DNA from: Candidatus Yonathbacteria bacterium RIFCSPLOWO2_01_FULL_43_27
GTDB taxonomy: Bacteria; Patescibacteriota; Minisyncoccia; Phycocordibacterales; UBA1550
Assembly (NCBI GenBank): GCA_001823545.1
Contig: MHUV01000001.1
Span: forward strand, 37,849 to 100,128
Length of the DNA: 62,280 nucleotides
Direction of reading: 5' to 3'
Shown: positions 45,653-55,265 of the stretch, in pieces
How positions within the stretch are numbered: position 1 is the stretch's first letter
Layout: every line of letters starts with the position of its first letter
Program-made: the position numbers and the translations under genes
Notes under the pieces: model-generated
Seen by the model: only the letters and a program-made list of their open reading frames with translations
Told to the model about the DNA's origin: nothing
Database searches by the model: none

Positions 45653-46171
45653 CTAAATGCCAGCCTTGGCATCCCCACTCTCCTCGTTCAAGAAGAACAT
45701 AGTGGGTCGTCCAACGCTTTCGGGGTCAGGATCTGGCGTCATTTTTTTAATATTGACGCTGGTAACCTTTGCCGGCTCGTGAGAAGGCTCACTAAGAGAC
45801 TCTATCTCCTCCCAAGCCTTCTCATTCAACAACTTCTTCCCTTCTTCTGTAACAATCTCTGAAAAAGGGATGTTGCTTGCTGCTTCCCTGTAAGCATCGA
45901 GGACAGTGTTGAAAACGTGGTCTCCTGCCTCATCAACGCTTAAAATGAAGTGCTTTGAGGGGTTACGGTATCGTTGATAGTTTATGTTGACCTCCATTTC
46001 AAAAATCCGGTCTTCTTTCGAGGCTACATCAAAAAATACTTGAGCAGTGTTTATCTTTTCCTCGGCAATATATACATCCTTCTGCCTGAAAAGGTGCGAA
46101 AACAAGAGGCCTGCGGAGATTAAAACAACGATAACAAAAAACGCTACTTTTATTTCTAACTTTCCAGTCAT
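45653..46171 (-). CDS. hypothetical membrane-anchored protein
   Basis: Start taken at MTGKLEIKVAFFVIVVLISAGLLF. A TTGACA-17-TATCGT promoter lies upstream. Confidence 0.5.
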   Translation of the reverse strand: MTGKLEIKVAFFVIVVLISAGLLFSHLFRQKDVYIAEEKINTAQVFFDVASKEDRIFEMEVNINYQRYRNPSKHFILSVDEAGDHVFNTVLDAYREAASNIPFSEIVTEEGKKLLNEKAWEEIESLSEPSHEPAKVTSVNIKKMTPDPDPESVGRPTMFFLNEESGDAKAGI

Positions 46172-46312
46172 AATCCCTTTCTCCCTTTCAAAGTTCTTGT
46201 TTCGCACAATGCGAAAATCCTTAAATACTATCTATAACAACGATAGCACGCACAGCCCGTATTGTCAATCATTTCCGCGTCTATCCAAAGCCAGGATTTG
46301 GATAGATTGCTT

Positions 46313-47815
46313 CTATTTAACCCCGTATTTTTCTCTAATTTCCGCCAACTCTTTCTCTTCTTCTGCTTCTTTTTTCTCCTTCCCTGCTTCGCCGAGTTTT
46401 TTTAACTCCTCGATGGGTAGTTCTGCAAGCTCAATTGCCCGTTTCACGAGAAACGCTTCATTGTTATTTTCAGGAAAATCAAACACTTCTTCGAGGAGCG
46501 CATGAAGAATAAACCCTATTTTAGGGCTTGGTTTTTCACGTGTAACATCCATAACCTTGGCGCCATCAATCTTGAGCATCCCTACAGACACCGGAGAACG
46601 CATTGCCTCCTCGATCATTGACTCATACTTTCGCAAACGATATGGAGTTTCTTTTGGTCGTCCCATGCCAATACGGTCACATCCGCGAAGTTTCATAAGA
46701 TCCCATACATTTTCTGGTCCTACGTTACGCACAATACGGCGCACCGCTGAAAGAGTTATTTTCTCAATATCTGAGAAGAAAAGATGGTACCGTACCAACG
46801 TTGATACCACATCAACCATCTTTTTTGAGTATTTCAAACGCTCAAGAGCTTTTTTTGTTACACGCCCCCCTACCACATCATGCCCATAGAATGTCCAATC
46901 ATTCTTTTCCTCTGACCAACGACGTGTTTCTGGCTTTGAAATATCATGCATAAGTGCAGAAAGGCGTATATGGAGTGGCCAATCACGATCTGCCGAATGT
47001 TGCACAGCACGCAAATTATGCTCCCATACCGTATAAATATGTGAACCATTTTGTTTAACATCAATCCCCCGCCTCAATTCAGGCATAATATACTCAAGGA
47101 GTCCAAGCTTTTCACACATAACAATACCTACCATTGGGTCTTTTGACATCACCATCTTGGAAAACTCGGTATTAATACGCTCCATAGCAATCTCTTTGAG
47201 ATTAGGCGCAGTTTTAATGATAGCCTCTTGAGTCTCGATGTTAATCGTGAAACCTAAATCCGTCGCAATACGTACCGCCCGTAAGATGCGGAGGGCATCC
47301 TCGTGAAAGCGATCATATGGGCTTCCTACCGTCCTCAAGACTTTGTCCTTTATGTCCTTTATTCCATCATATGGGTCAACGACGTGTCCTTTAGACAGTC
47401 CCATAGAATCATCATAAGCAATAGCGTTAATAGTAAAGTCCCTTCTTTTAAGATCGTCAGGTAGTTTCGCATGAAACGAGACACTGTCAGGACGACGTTT
47501 GTCACTATATACCCCCTCTGTACGATACGGCGTTATTTCCACAACCTTTACGGTTTCGTCGTCTGTTTCACTTACCACACCGACAGTTCCATATTCATTT
47601 TCATAAAATGTCTCTGTAAAGAGTTCCTGAATTTGTTCAGGTTTCGCATCTGTCGTTACATCCCAATCTTTTGGTTTTCGTCCTATTACCATATCCCTTA
47701 CGCACCCACCCACTAAATATGCTTCAAAACCAGCATCTCGTAATGTTTTGGTTATTCGTGAAACCTCTTCAGGAATTTGGTAGTTAAGTGTTATTTCCTT
47801 TGGTGTGTGAGGCAT
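46313..47815 (-). CDS. cca: CCA-adding tRNA nucleotidyltransferase / poly(A) polymerase family with HD domain
   Basis: AYLVGGCVRDMVIGRKPKDWD, RRDFTINA, HD region HDISKP. Start set at MPHTPKEI. Confidence 0.85.
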   Translation of the reverse strand: MPHTPKEITLNYQIPEEVSRITKTLRDAGFEAYLVGGCVRDMVIGRKPKDWDVTTDAKPEQIQELFTETFYENEYGTVGVVSETDDETVKVVEITPYRTEGVYSDKRRPDSVSFHAKLPDDLKRRDFTINAIAYDDSMGLSKGHVVDPYDGIKDIKDKVLRTVGSPYDRFHEDALRILRAVRIATDLGFTINIETQEAIIKTAPNLKEIAMERINTEFSKMVMSKDPMVGIVMCEKLGLLEYIMPELRRGIDVKQNGSHIYTVWEHNLRAVQHSADRDWPLHIRLSALMHDISKPETRRWSEEKNDWTFYGHDVVGGRVTKKALERLKYSKKMVDVVSTLVRYHLFFSDIEKITLSAVRRIVRNVGPENVWDLMKLRGCDRIGMGRPKETPYRLRKYESMIEEAMRSPVSVGMLKIDGAKVMDVTREKPSPKIGFILHALLEEVFDFPENNNEAFLVKRAIELAELPIEELKKLGEAGKEKKEAEEEKELAEIREKYGVK

Positions 47816-47951
47816 ACAAAATGATAGGTCAAATAGGTTATAGTGTTTTTGGCTCCTTTTCGCCAATGAAACACCATCAATCTTCGTTTCTCATAGTGTA
47901 GAGTATTTTTGGTTTTTTTACCAATATGCGCTATGGTTATATGAAGTACAT

Positions 47952-48023
47952 GCCCCTGTGGTGAAATGGATATCATCCCTGCCTTCGAAGCAGTTGTTCC
48001 AGGTTCGAATCCTGGCGGGGGCA
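47952..48023 (+). tRNA. tRNA-Arg (anticodon UCG), no encoded CCA
   Basis: Acceptor GCCCCTG/CGGGGGC, anticodon loop CTTCGAA, T arm CCAGG-TTCGAAT-CCTGG. Confidence 0.8.
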
Positions 48024-48069
48024 CAAAAATAAAGGAGTAAGATGCGGAGCATTTTACGAGTATTATTTT

Positions 48070-48092
48070 GTGTCCATGCCAGGATTCGAAAA
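48070..48092 (-). repeat. degenerate inverted copy of the tRNA-Arg(UCG) 3' end
   Basis: tgtccatgccaggattcgaaaac compared with the reverse complement of the tRNA end, tgcccccgccaggattcgaacct. Confidence 0.45.
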
Positions 48093-48358
48093 CGAACGCG
48101 GGGTACCCATCGAGCACGATGGGTCGCGCGAGTAGGGCCGAGCGGAGTGAGGAGCGACGGCGACAAACGAGCGCTTGGCCGAGCATCCTTCATCCCTGAG
48201 CACACTTAGTAACTCGTGACCACAAGAGAAACATGTAGTGCGGTAGACTTAGTAACTCGTGACCACAGAAAGCAATATGTGTAGCAAATATAATTAATAC
48301 CCTGTACACATCTTCCCAAAACATAAAAAATCTGTATAGTATAAGAGATAGAAAGTTT

Positions 48359-48429
48359 GCGGGTATGGTTTAGTGGTAGAACACGTCCTTGCCAAGGATG
48401 AGACGGGAGTTCGATTCTCCCTACCCGCA
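48359..48429 (+). tRNA. tRNA-Gly (anticodon GCC), no encoded CCA
   Basis: Acceptor GCGGGTA/TACCCGC, anticodon arm CGTCC-TTGCCAA-GGATG, T arm GGGAG-TTCGATT-CTCCC. Confidence 0.9.
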
Positions 48430-48472
48430 CAAAAAAATAGAATACGAAGTATTCTATGAATACTTTTTTGTA

Positions 48473-48617
48473 GCGGGTAGGGAGAATCGAACTCAGGAGG
48501 GGGTCGGGGAACCTATGGTTTCCCGTGAAGGAAAACAGTGAGCGAAGCGAACGTTAGAAACCGTGGGTTTCTAAAGAGGAGCGAAGCGACGAGTTCGATA
48601 GCGAAGCGTCTCCCATC
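48473..48617 (-). repeat. tRNA-Gly(GCC) 3'-end-mimic element (copy C2); same core as 18858-19004
   Basis: gcgggtagggagaatcgaactc is the reverse complement of the last 22 nt of the adjacent tRNA. By eye the remaining ~120 nt differ from copy B1 at only about two positions. Confidence 0.6.
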
Positions 48618-49014
48618 TTTTGTATTATATACCGCACCCTTCGACAAACTCAGGGCAGGCAATAAAAAAACTCCCTAGAGGGGAGTTTTTTGTTTAGAAA
48701 GCCTTAAAAGGACATTTTGGCAAAAGTGGTCAATATGTCTTATTAAGGAATGATCATAATAATTGATAACGAGAATGTTCGATTAAAGGACACCACTATA
48801 TTAGGCTATTATTTCACAACATACTGTCAACTACGCAAATCGCAAAAATATGGGTATAACTGTGCAAAACTGTGGATAACTCTGGGGATAGTGTTAATAA
48901 AGGACAAAAAACACTAAACTTGACAGCTGTTTATTGTTAGTAAAAATAAAGGACATTTGTATTAAACCTATATTTATCAATGGTTTTATACAAAAACGGT
49001 CCAAAATACTGTTA

Positions 49015-49055
49015 AACACCCTAAATATGTTACTAAGTAACATATTTAGGGTGTT
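49015..49055. promoter_or_regulatory. 41-bp palindrome (20-bp arms) upstream of yraN
   Basis: aacaccctaaatatgttact-a-agtaacatatttagggtgtt. Confidence 0.6.
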
Positions 49056-49126
49056 AAACATGAAACATGCCTTATTTTCTTGAAAAACGTCTAAAATTGG
49101 AGGATCTATATGTTAATATTTAACAA

Positions 49127-49534
49127 ATGACAAAAGATACTGAATCCCGAGGTATTGGTAGGCTCGGAGAGGATATCGCTGTAAAACACCTTGAAAACAA
49201 GGGTTTTACAACTATTGAGAGAAATTACCTTAAAAAATATGGGGAAATTGATATTATCGCCAAAAAGGGGGATATCCTTCATTTTATTGAAGTAAAGAGT
49301 GTTTCATGTGAAAATAACCCCTCAAATGTTCCGCGGGCAACAACCGATAATTATAGACCAGAAGACAATATTCACACCCAAAAAATCAAAAGGTTGTCAC
49401 GCACAATCCAAGCGTATTTATTAAGTAATTATCAAAATAAAGAACCTGCGTGGGTATTCGATGTAGTAACGATAAAAATTGACATGATCAACAAACGAGC
49501 GTATGTTAAGTTCCTTGAGGATCTTGTTTTGTAA
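49127..49534 (+). CDS. yraN: YraN-family (UPF0102) endonuclease
   Basis: GRLGEDIAVKHLENKGFTTIERNYLKKYGEIDIIAKKGDILHFIEVKS. Confidence 0.8.
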   Translation: MTKDTESRGIGRLGEDIAVKHLENKGFTTIERNYLKKYGEIDIIAKKGDILHFIEVKSVSCENNPSNVPRATTDNYRPEDNIHTQKIKRLSRTIQAYLLSNYQNKEPAWVFDVVTIKIDMINKRAYVKFLEDLVL

Positions 49535-49595
49535 AACTACAAATTTCTCAAAAAAGACATATTGTGTTAGTATTTCGTATGGTTTCCTAAGAAAA

Positions 49596-49666
49596 CGGGG
49601 TGTAGTATATCGGTAGTACGTCTGCTTTGGGAGCAGATAGGCCGAGTTCGATTCTCGGCACCCCGA
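49596..49666 (+). tRNA. tRNA-Pro (anticodon UGG), no encoded CCA
   Basis: Acceptor CGGGGTG/CACCCCG, anticodon arm TCTGC-TTTGGGA-GCAGA, T arm CCGAG-TTCGATT-CTCGG. Confidence 0.85.
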
Positions 49667-49763
49667 CTCGAGTGTGTTAAAAAAATAGAAACATAAAATA
49701 AAAGTGGTATTTACTCTTTGTAAATACCACTTTTATTTTATGTTGTGGTGCTATGTATTTATT

Positions 49764-49828
49764 ATTAGCGACGTAGAGCGAGAGGAATAAGAAAGTACTC
49801 TTTCTTATTCCCGAGCCGAGGAGCTAAT
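49764..49828 (+). repeat. R-element copy 3
   Basis: attagcgacgtagagcgag-aGGAATAAGAAAGtactCTTTCTTATTCC-cgagccgaggagctaat. Confidence 0.75.
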
Positions 49829-49903
49829 ATAGGTCAATACCCTGCGGTCTCTGCCGCAGGGGCCTATATTTTGCATTTGCGGTGTTTTCCTTTATGATAG
49901 TGC

Positions 49904-49923
49904 ATATCCACAAGTTATCCACA
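49904..49923 (+). promoter_or_regulatory. DnaA boxes upstream of dnaA
   Basis: atatccaca (49904-49912) and the perfect ttatccaca (49915-49923). Confidence 0.7.
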
Positions 49924-50011
49924 CGTTTAACACTGTTTTATCCGCTTGTTTACATTTTTTATTTGTAGGCTTGGGAATATAATAGGGATACCTTCTTTCT
50001 TTTAACTTCTT

Positions 50012-51370
50012 ATGACTGACAATACACAACTTTGGGAATACGCACTTCGTGACCTTGAAAACAGTCTTTCACGAGCAAACCTTAGTATGTGGTTTAAAAA
50101 CACCTCTATTATCAAACAAGAAGAGGGGATGGTGGTCATAGGAGTTCCAAATGAATTTGTAAAGGATTGGCTCCAAAACAAGTTCCACAAGATGATTTTG
50201 AAGTCTCTTCGTAATCTCGTGGAAAACACTCGTGGTGTAGAATATACGGTATGTAAAGTTGAGGAACCTAAAAAGGAGGAGAGGGCGGTAAAAGAAGAAT
50301 TTAAGGGTGGTTCAGAGCTTCCTATTGCCGACCTTTATATTAACCGAGAAGACGGGTTAAATCCTCGCTATGTGTTCGATAATTTTATTATTGGGCCCTT
50401 TAATGAGCTTGCGTACGCTGCATCACAGGCAATTTTGAAGAAAGTAGGTACCAATGTATATAATCCACTCTTTATTTATGGAAATACTGGTTTGGGGAAA
50501 ACACACCTCATTCAAGCAATAGGAAACCATATTAAGAAAAATTACCCCGGAAAGAAAGTGTTTTATATCACTTCTGAAAAATTTTCTGTTGATTACATCA
50601 ATTCTGTACAGCAGGGAATTAAGGCAATGAATGTTTTTAAAGAGAAATATCGTAAATATGATCTATTTGTTATGGACGATATTCAGTTTCTTTCTAATAA
50701 AGAAAAAACTCAAGAAGAGCTTTTTCATGTCTTTAATGAGCTTTACCACAACAACAAGCAGATTATTTTCTCATCTGATAGACACCCAAACTATATTCCT
50801 GCCCTTGAGGACCGTTTGAAGTCACGCTTTGGGTCAGGAATGATCGTAGATGTGCAAGAGCCGGATTATGAGTCACGCCTTGCTATTCTTCGTGCAAAGG
50901 CACAGGCAAGCCAATTTTGCCCCCCTGATGACATCATTAATTACCTTGCTTCTTCTGTACAAGGCAATGTTCGTGAACTTGAAGGGTTGCTTAATGGTGT
51001 TATTTGCCAGTCTCAGCTTAAAAATAGGCATTTAAGTCTTAATGAAATTAAACCATTTATTAAAAATACAGCAAAACCAAAGAAGTTGCTGTCTGTTAAG
51101 GAGGTGGTGAAAGTTATTTCAGATTATTATAATATTCAAGAAGGGGATATTTATGAAAAAACTAGAAAAAAAGAGGTTCTAAAACCACGACAAATTGCTA
51201 TGTTTATCTTACGTGAGGATTTTAATATCTCGTTTCCTACAATAGGCCAGAAGCTTGGCGGCCGTGATCATACAACCGTAATGCATTCTTGTGAAAAAGT
51301 AGAGAAAGATATGAAAGATGATCTTTCTTTAATGCAAGAGATTGATCAGCTCCGTGCAATGCTTTCATAA
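50012..51370 (+). CDS. dnaA: chromosomal replication initiator DnaA
   Basis: YNPLFIYGNTGLGKTHL, FVMDDIQFL, C-terminal PRQIAMFILRE...GGRDHTTVMHSCEKV. Confidence 0.95.
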   Translation: MTDNTQLWEYALRDLENSLSRANLSMWFKNTSIIKQEEGMVVIGVPNEFVKDWLQNKFHKMILKSLRNLVENTRGVEYTVCKVEEPKKEERAVKEEFKGGSELPIADLYINREDGLNPRYVFDNFIIGPFNELAYAASQAILKKVGTNVYNPLFIYGNTGLGKTHLIQAIGNHIKKNYPGKKVFYITSEKFSVDYINSVQQGIKAMNVFKEKYRKYDLFVMDDIQFLSNKEKTQEELFHVFNELYHNNKQIIFSSDRHPNYIPALEDRLKSRFGSGMIVDVQEPDYESRLAILRAKAQASQFCPPDDIINYLASSVQGNVRELEGLLNGVICQSQLKNRHLSLNEIKPFIKNTAKPKKLLSVKEVVKVISDYYNIQEGDIYEKTRKKEVLKPRQIAMFILREDFNISFPTIGQKLGGRDHTTVMHSCEKVEKDMKDDLSLMQEIDQLRAMLS

Positions 51371-51412
51371 GAAAGAGGTGTGGAAAACATGGGGAAAATT
51401 TTGTTTGTAGTA

Positions 51413-51584
51413 TGTGGATAAGATTGAAATAATACGTTAATAAAAGGTTAATAAAATATATGATAAAAAGTTATTAAAATTTTATCCACTTTTTATGAAT
51501 ACTTATCCACATATTAGAAATAAAAGAAGTAGAGAATATAGTGTTATTAAATAAAGGAATTATAAGATTATCCACATATCCACA
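51413..51584. other. candidate oriC: DnaA-box cluster plus AT-rich stretch in the dnaA-dnaN spacer
   Basis: tgtggataa at 51413-51421, ttatccact at 51482-51490, ttatccaca at 51503-51511 and 51568-51576, atatccaca at 51576-51584. An AT-rich run lies at 51422-51480. Confidence 0.7.
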
Positions 51585-51630
51585 GGTATAGTAACTATAA
51601 TAAGATATAAATATATAATAATACACATAT

Positions 51631-52731
51631 ATGCACTTCACTTGTAATAGAGAGACTCTACAAAAATACATATCGCAAGCAGAACGAGTGACAGGGAAAC
51701 ATCTCTCACTTCCTATTCTCGGATCTGTGTTATTAGCGACCAATAATAAGATGGTTATTATTCGTGCAACAAACCTTGAGGTTGGGGTTGAGTTTCAAAT
51801 TCCGGCAGAAATAAAAACAGAAGGAAGTATTGTGCTTCCTGGAGCCCTCCTTGCAAATACCCTTGGAAGTATACCCGACGAAAAGGAGATTAGTCTTATA
51901 GCGTCAAATGGCGTATGTAAAATTACTACAAAGAAAAAAACATTAAATATTAAAGGGTTTTTACCAGATGATTTTCCTACTATCCCTATTATTCATAATG
52001 GTGAAGGTTTTATAATGTCTTCAGCGAAGTTTATACAAGGAGTAAAAAGTGTAGTAATGAGCGCGGCTATTTCTGATATTAAGCCTGAAATAGTAAGTAT
52101 TTATCTTTATCAAAACGGTGATTCTTTAATTTTTGTAGCTACTGACTCTTTTAGGCTTGCAGAAAAGAAGATTAAACAACAAGGAGTTACTTTATCACAA
52201 GGAGTTATTATTCCTGCAAAAAATATCATTGAAATGGTACGTATTTTAGAATCAGAGAGCGGGGACATTAATTTTTTAATTACTAAAAACCAAATTTCGT
52301 GCACAGGAAAATCACTCTACTTCACTTCTCGTGTAATACAAGGTATTTACCCTGATTACGAGCAAATACTTCCTAAAGCACACACTACAGAAATAACCCT
52401 TTTAAAAGAAGATTTAGTAAATAACCTTAAATTATCAACCTTTTTTTCTGATAAATTTAATAAAGTAACACTTACTATTAATCCGCAAAAGAAAATTTGT
52501 ATTATTTCAACAAAAAATATAGAAGTGGGAGAAACAGAATCAAATATTGATGCAATGCTTACTGGTGATCCTGTTGAAATATCCCTTAATGGAAAACATC
52601 TTTTTGATTGTCTTTCTGTAATAGAAAAAGATAGTGTAGTAATACAGTTTAATGGCGCGGATAAACCAGTGGTAATACGAGGACTAGGTGATAATTCCTT
52701 TACGTACCTTACCATGCCTCTTACACGTTAA
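51631..52731 (+). CDS. dnaN: DNA polymerase III beta sliding clamp
   Basis: Position after dnaA, 366 aa, three-domain clamp pattern (SLPILGSVLLA..., ATDSFRLAE...). Confidence 0.9.
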   Translation: MHFTCNRETLQKYISQAERVTGKHLSLPILGSVLLATNNKMVIIRATNLEVGVEFQIPAEIKTEGSIVLPGALLANTLGSIPDEKEISLIASNGVCKITTKKKTLNIKGFLPDDFPTIPIIHNGEGFIMSSAKFIQGVKSVVMSAAISDIKPEIVSIYLYQNGDSLIFVATDSFRLAEKKIKQQGVTLSQGVIIPAKNIIEMVRILESESGDINFLITKNQISCTGKSLYFTSRVIQGIYPDYEQILPKAHTTEITLLKEDLVNNLKLSTFFSDKFNKVTLTINPQKKICIISTKNIEVGETESNIDAMLTGDPVEISLNGKHLFDCLSVIEKDSVVIQFNGADKPVVIRGLGDNSFTYLTMPLTR

Positions 52732-52751
52732 AAATCTTATATTATAACCCT

Positions 52752-53009
52752 ATGCTCCAACTCTCAGACCTCCTCTCTCGTTTTAAGGGTATATCAAATA
52801 CTGAAAAAATAAAAAAAGAAGTAGCGGGTCAAGAAATTACTACTATAATTGGTGTTCCTGTTACTTATCAACAAATAGCTATTTCAAAAAATACACTTAT
52901 TCTTAAAGTTCAACCAATAATAAAATCAGAAGTAATGTTGAAAAAAGAGGAACTTCTTCAAAAAATAAAAAATATACCAGGGTTAGAGCATATTACCTCA
53001 ATTCAATAA
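52752..53009 (+). CDS. small DUF721/DciA-like protein (tentative)
   Basis: 85 aa immediately after dnaN. NTLILKVQPIIKSEVMLKKEELLQKIK resembles the DUF721 pattern. The call rests on position and a weak motif only. Confidence 0.35.
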   Translation: MLQLSDLLSRFKGISNTEKIKKEVAGQEITTIIGVPVTYQQIAISKNTLILKVQPIIKSEVMLKKEELLQKIKNIPGLEHITSIQ

Positions 53010-53073
53010 TTTATCCCCATTTTGATAAGAATAATATTTTTGTTGTGATATAATATTTACAACAACTATTCTT

Positions 53074-53811
53074 ATGGATGAGGATATTACTATTATTTTT
53101 AAAAAACAAGCAGAAGTACTACCTTCAGAAATAAGGAGGTATATTGCTTCTGGTGAATGGGAACAAAAAATTAATACGCTTACTCAAAAGTTTAATTTAT
53201 CAGAAGAGACCGCAGGTGTTCTTGGACGTGAGGTAATGCTCGTATTGGCTGGTCTGGTGCACCCAGGAGTGTTCCGTGGTGAATTTGCGAGTGATATTAG
53301 TGATATTGATGACACCACGATAGATGCAATTGTTTCTGAAGTAATGAGTTCTATATTTCAACCAATACTCCCGATTCTTGAAAAATTTTTTAAAGAGCAA
53401 GACGCTACACCAGAACCTGAAATTGAACCTCAAAAAGAGAAAGAAAAAATTACTATTCCTGCACCACCTTCGTTAATAGAAACACAAAGAGTATGGGAAA
53501 AGAGACCTGAAGTGGTACCAGATAATCTACCAACCGGAGAGGTTGTGGGTCAAAATATCGTGCCTATACGTTCTGAAAATAACATACCTTCTTTCTCTAC
53601 ACCTGTTCCTCATGAACAAACAATAAACAATACGCTAAACAAAGATGGGCAAACACACCCTTTTGAGGAAAAAATGAAAAAGGTATTTACGGGTGGGGTG
53701 GTGGATAGGGGAGGTTTAGTTATTGATCAAAAATCAGAAAATAATTCAGTATTACCCAATATTCTTTCTGGGCGCCCTGCTCATGATCCTTATCGAGAAC
53801 CAATAGAATAA
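53074..53811 (+). CDS. hypothetical protein
   Basis: 245-aa ORF, no recognisable domain, first gene of the T4SS-like block. Confidence 0.5.
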   Translation: MDEDITIIFKKQAEVLPSEIRRYIASGEWEQKINTLTQKFNLSEETAGVLGREVMLVLAGLVHPGVFRGEFASDISDIDDTTIDAIVSEVMSSIFQPILPILEKFFKEQDATPEPEIEPQKEKEKITIPAPPSLIETQRVWEKRPEVVPDNLPTGEVVGQNIVPIRSENNIPSFSTPVPHEQTINNTLNKDGQTHPFEEKMKKVFTGGVVDRGGLVIDQKSENNSVLPNILSGRPAHDPYREPIE

Positions 53812-53858
53812 CATTGTTTGATAAAGTATTATTGGTTTTTAGTTTAAATAATGAACAT

Positions 53859-54491
53859 ATGCAATTCCATTTTCCTCAATACATAGACATAGAAGATAAG
53901 TTGTTTGGCCCGCTCTCTCTCAAGCAAGCAATTTATACCGCAGGAGGTATTGGAGCCGTATATGCGGTGTATGTATATATTCCTTATTTGTTCCTTTCTG
54001 TACCGATTATTGTGAGTATTGGAGTACTGACATGGGCACTCGCATTTTATCCAAAGGAAAAACTTGGAAGACCATTTATAGAAGTTCTTGAAGCGGGTTT
54101 TTATTATTTATTGCGCGAGAAGCTTTACACCTGGAAAAAAACAACAAAAGAGCCAGTCTTGGGACAAGTAGAAAATTATACACCCACACAAGCGCCGTTG
54201 ACACCCGTTATTCCGCAAGGAAAACTTTCATCTTCATCGTTTGGTATTGATATAAAAGGTCCAGAAATAGAGCGAGAGCGTGACGATGAATTGGTGGTAC
54301 GAGGGAAGAGTAGTATTCTTTCAGGTCCTGCTTCTGCTGAAGCAGGCACACTGTCAGTTGATTCATATATTCTTCAACAAAAAACACCTAAGGTAGATAC
54401 GTTTGTGACACCAAAAAACGCAGAACACTCGCCATATAAAACACCACCATCGCCATCAGCGAGTGCAACAAAAACAGAAATTAAAAAATAA
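53859..54491 (+). CDS. PrgI-family membrane protein (T4SS-associated)
   Basis: MQFHFPQYIDIEDKLFGPLSLKQAIYTAGG followed by two TM helices. Confidence 0.6.
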   Translation: MQFHFPQYIDIEDKLFGPLSLKQAIYTAGGIGAVYAVYVYIPYLFLSVPIIVSIGVLTWALAFYPKEKLGRPFIEVLEAGFYYLLREKLYTWKKTTKEPVLGQVENYTPTQAPLTPVIPQGKLSSSSFGIDIKGPEIERERDDELVVRGKSSILSGPASAEAGTLSVDSYILQQKTPKVDTFVTPKNAEHSPYKTPPSPSASATKTEIKK

Positions 54492-54581
54492 AAGCACCGC
54501 GTACGTTTGTGGTGGTTAACTTTATTTTTTGTGTGATATACTAAAGTCAGTAGATATTTTTAAAATATCTTTGCATACCAC

Positions 54582-55247
54582 ATGGCAGTAACATCGAAAG
54601 CGGCGCAAGATTTTGTGCCCATAAAAGAAATAAGAGATGGCGTGGTCATTTTAAAAGATGGCACCATGAGAATGCTTCTTATGGCATCTTCGGTAAATCT
54701 CGCGCTGAAATCTGGTGATGAGCAAACTGCGGTGCTCATGCAGTTTCAGAGTTTTTTAAACTCTCTTGAGTTTTCTACACAAATATTTATTCAATCCCGA
54801 CGTTTAGATATTCGTCCATATTTGCGTCGTCTCGAAGATCGTCATAAGGCAGAAATGAATGACCTTTTAAAAGTTCAAATACGCGAGTATATTAACTTTA
54901 TTAGGACCGTGACGCAGATGACTAATATTATGAACAAATTGTTTATAATTGTAGTTCCTTTCTCTCCAACAAAGTCGGTTACCGCAACTACTGAATCAAA
55001 AAATGGAGGCATTTTGAATAATTTACTAGGAAAGAAAAAAAACGAGAAACCCGTCGTTTCTCAAGGAGCACTTGAGGCGTTTGAGGAGGCACGTTCTCAG
55101 CTCGAACAACGCGTAGGTATTGTAAGTCAAGGGCTTTCACGCACTGGCGTGCGCGTCGTTTCACTAGGAACGGAAGAAATAACAGAGCTGTATTATCATT
55201 TATTTAATCCCGGAGAAGATGAGAAGAGGGTTGCGGTTAATGAATAA
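54582..55247 (+). CDS. hypothetical T4SS-associated protein
   Basis: DFVPIKEIRDGVVILKDGTMRMLLMASSVNLALKSGDEQ resembles conjugation-module proteins that precede VirB4. Confidence 0.45.
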   Translation: MAVTSKAAQDFVPIKEIRDGVVILKDGTMRMLLMASSVNLALKSGDEQTAVLMQFQSFLNSLEFSTQIFIQSRRLDIRPYLRRLEDRHKAEMNDLLKVQIREYINFIRTVTQMTNIMNKLFIIVVPFSPTKSVTATTESKNGGILNNLLGKKKNEKPVVSQGALEAFEEARSQLEQRVGIVSQGLSRTGVRVVSLGTEEITELYYHLFNPGEDEKRVAVNE

Positions 55248-55265
55248 CGTATTTAATAAATAATT

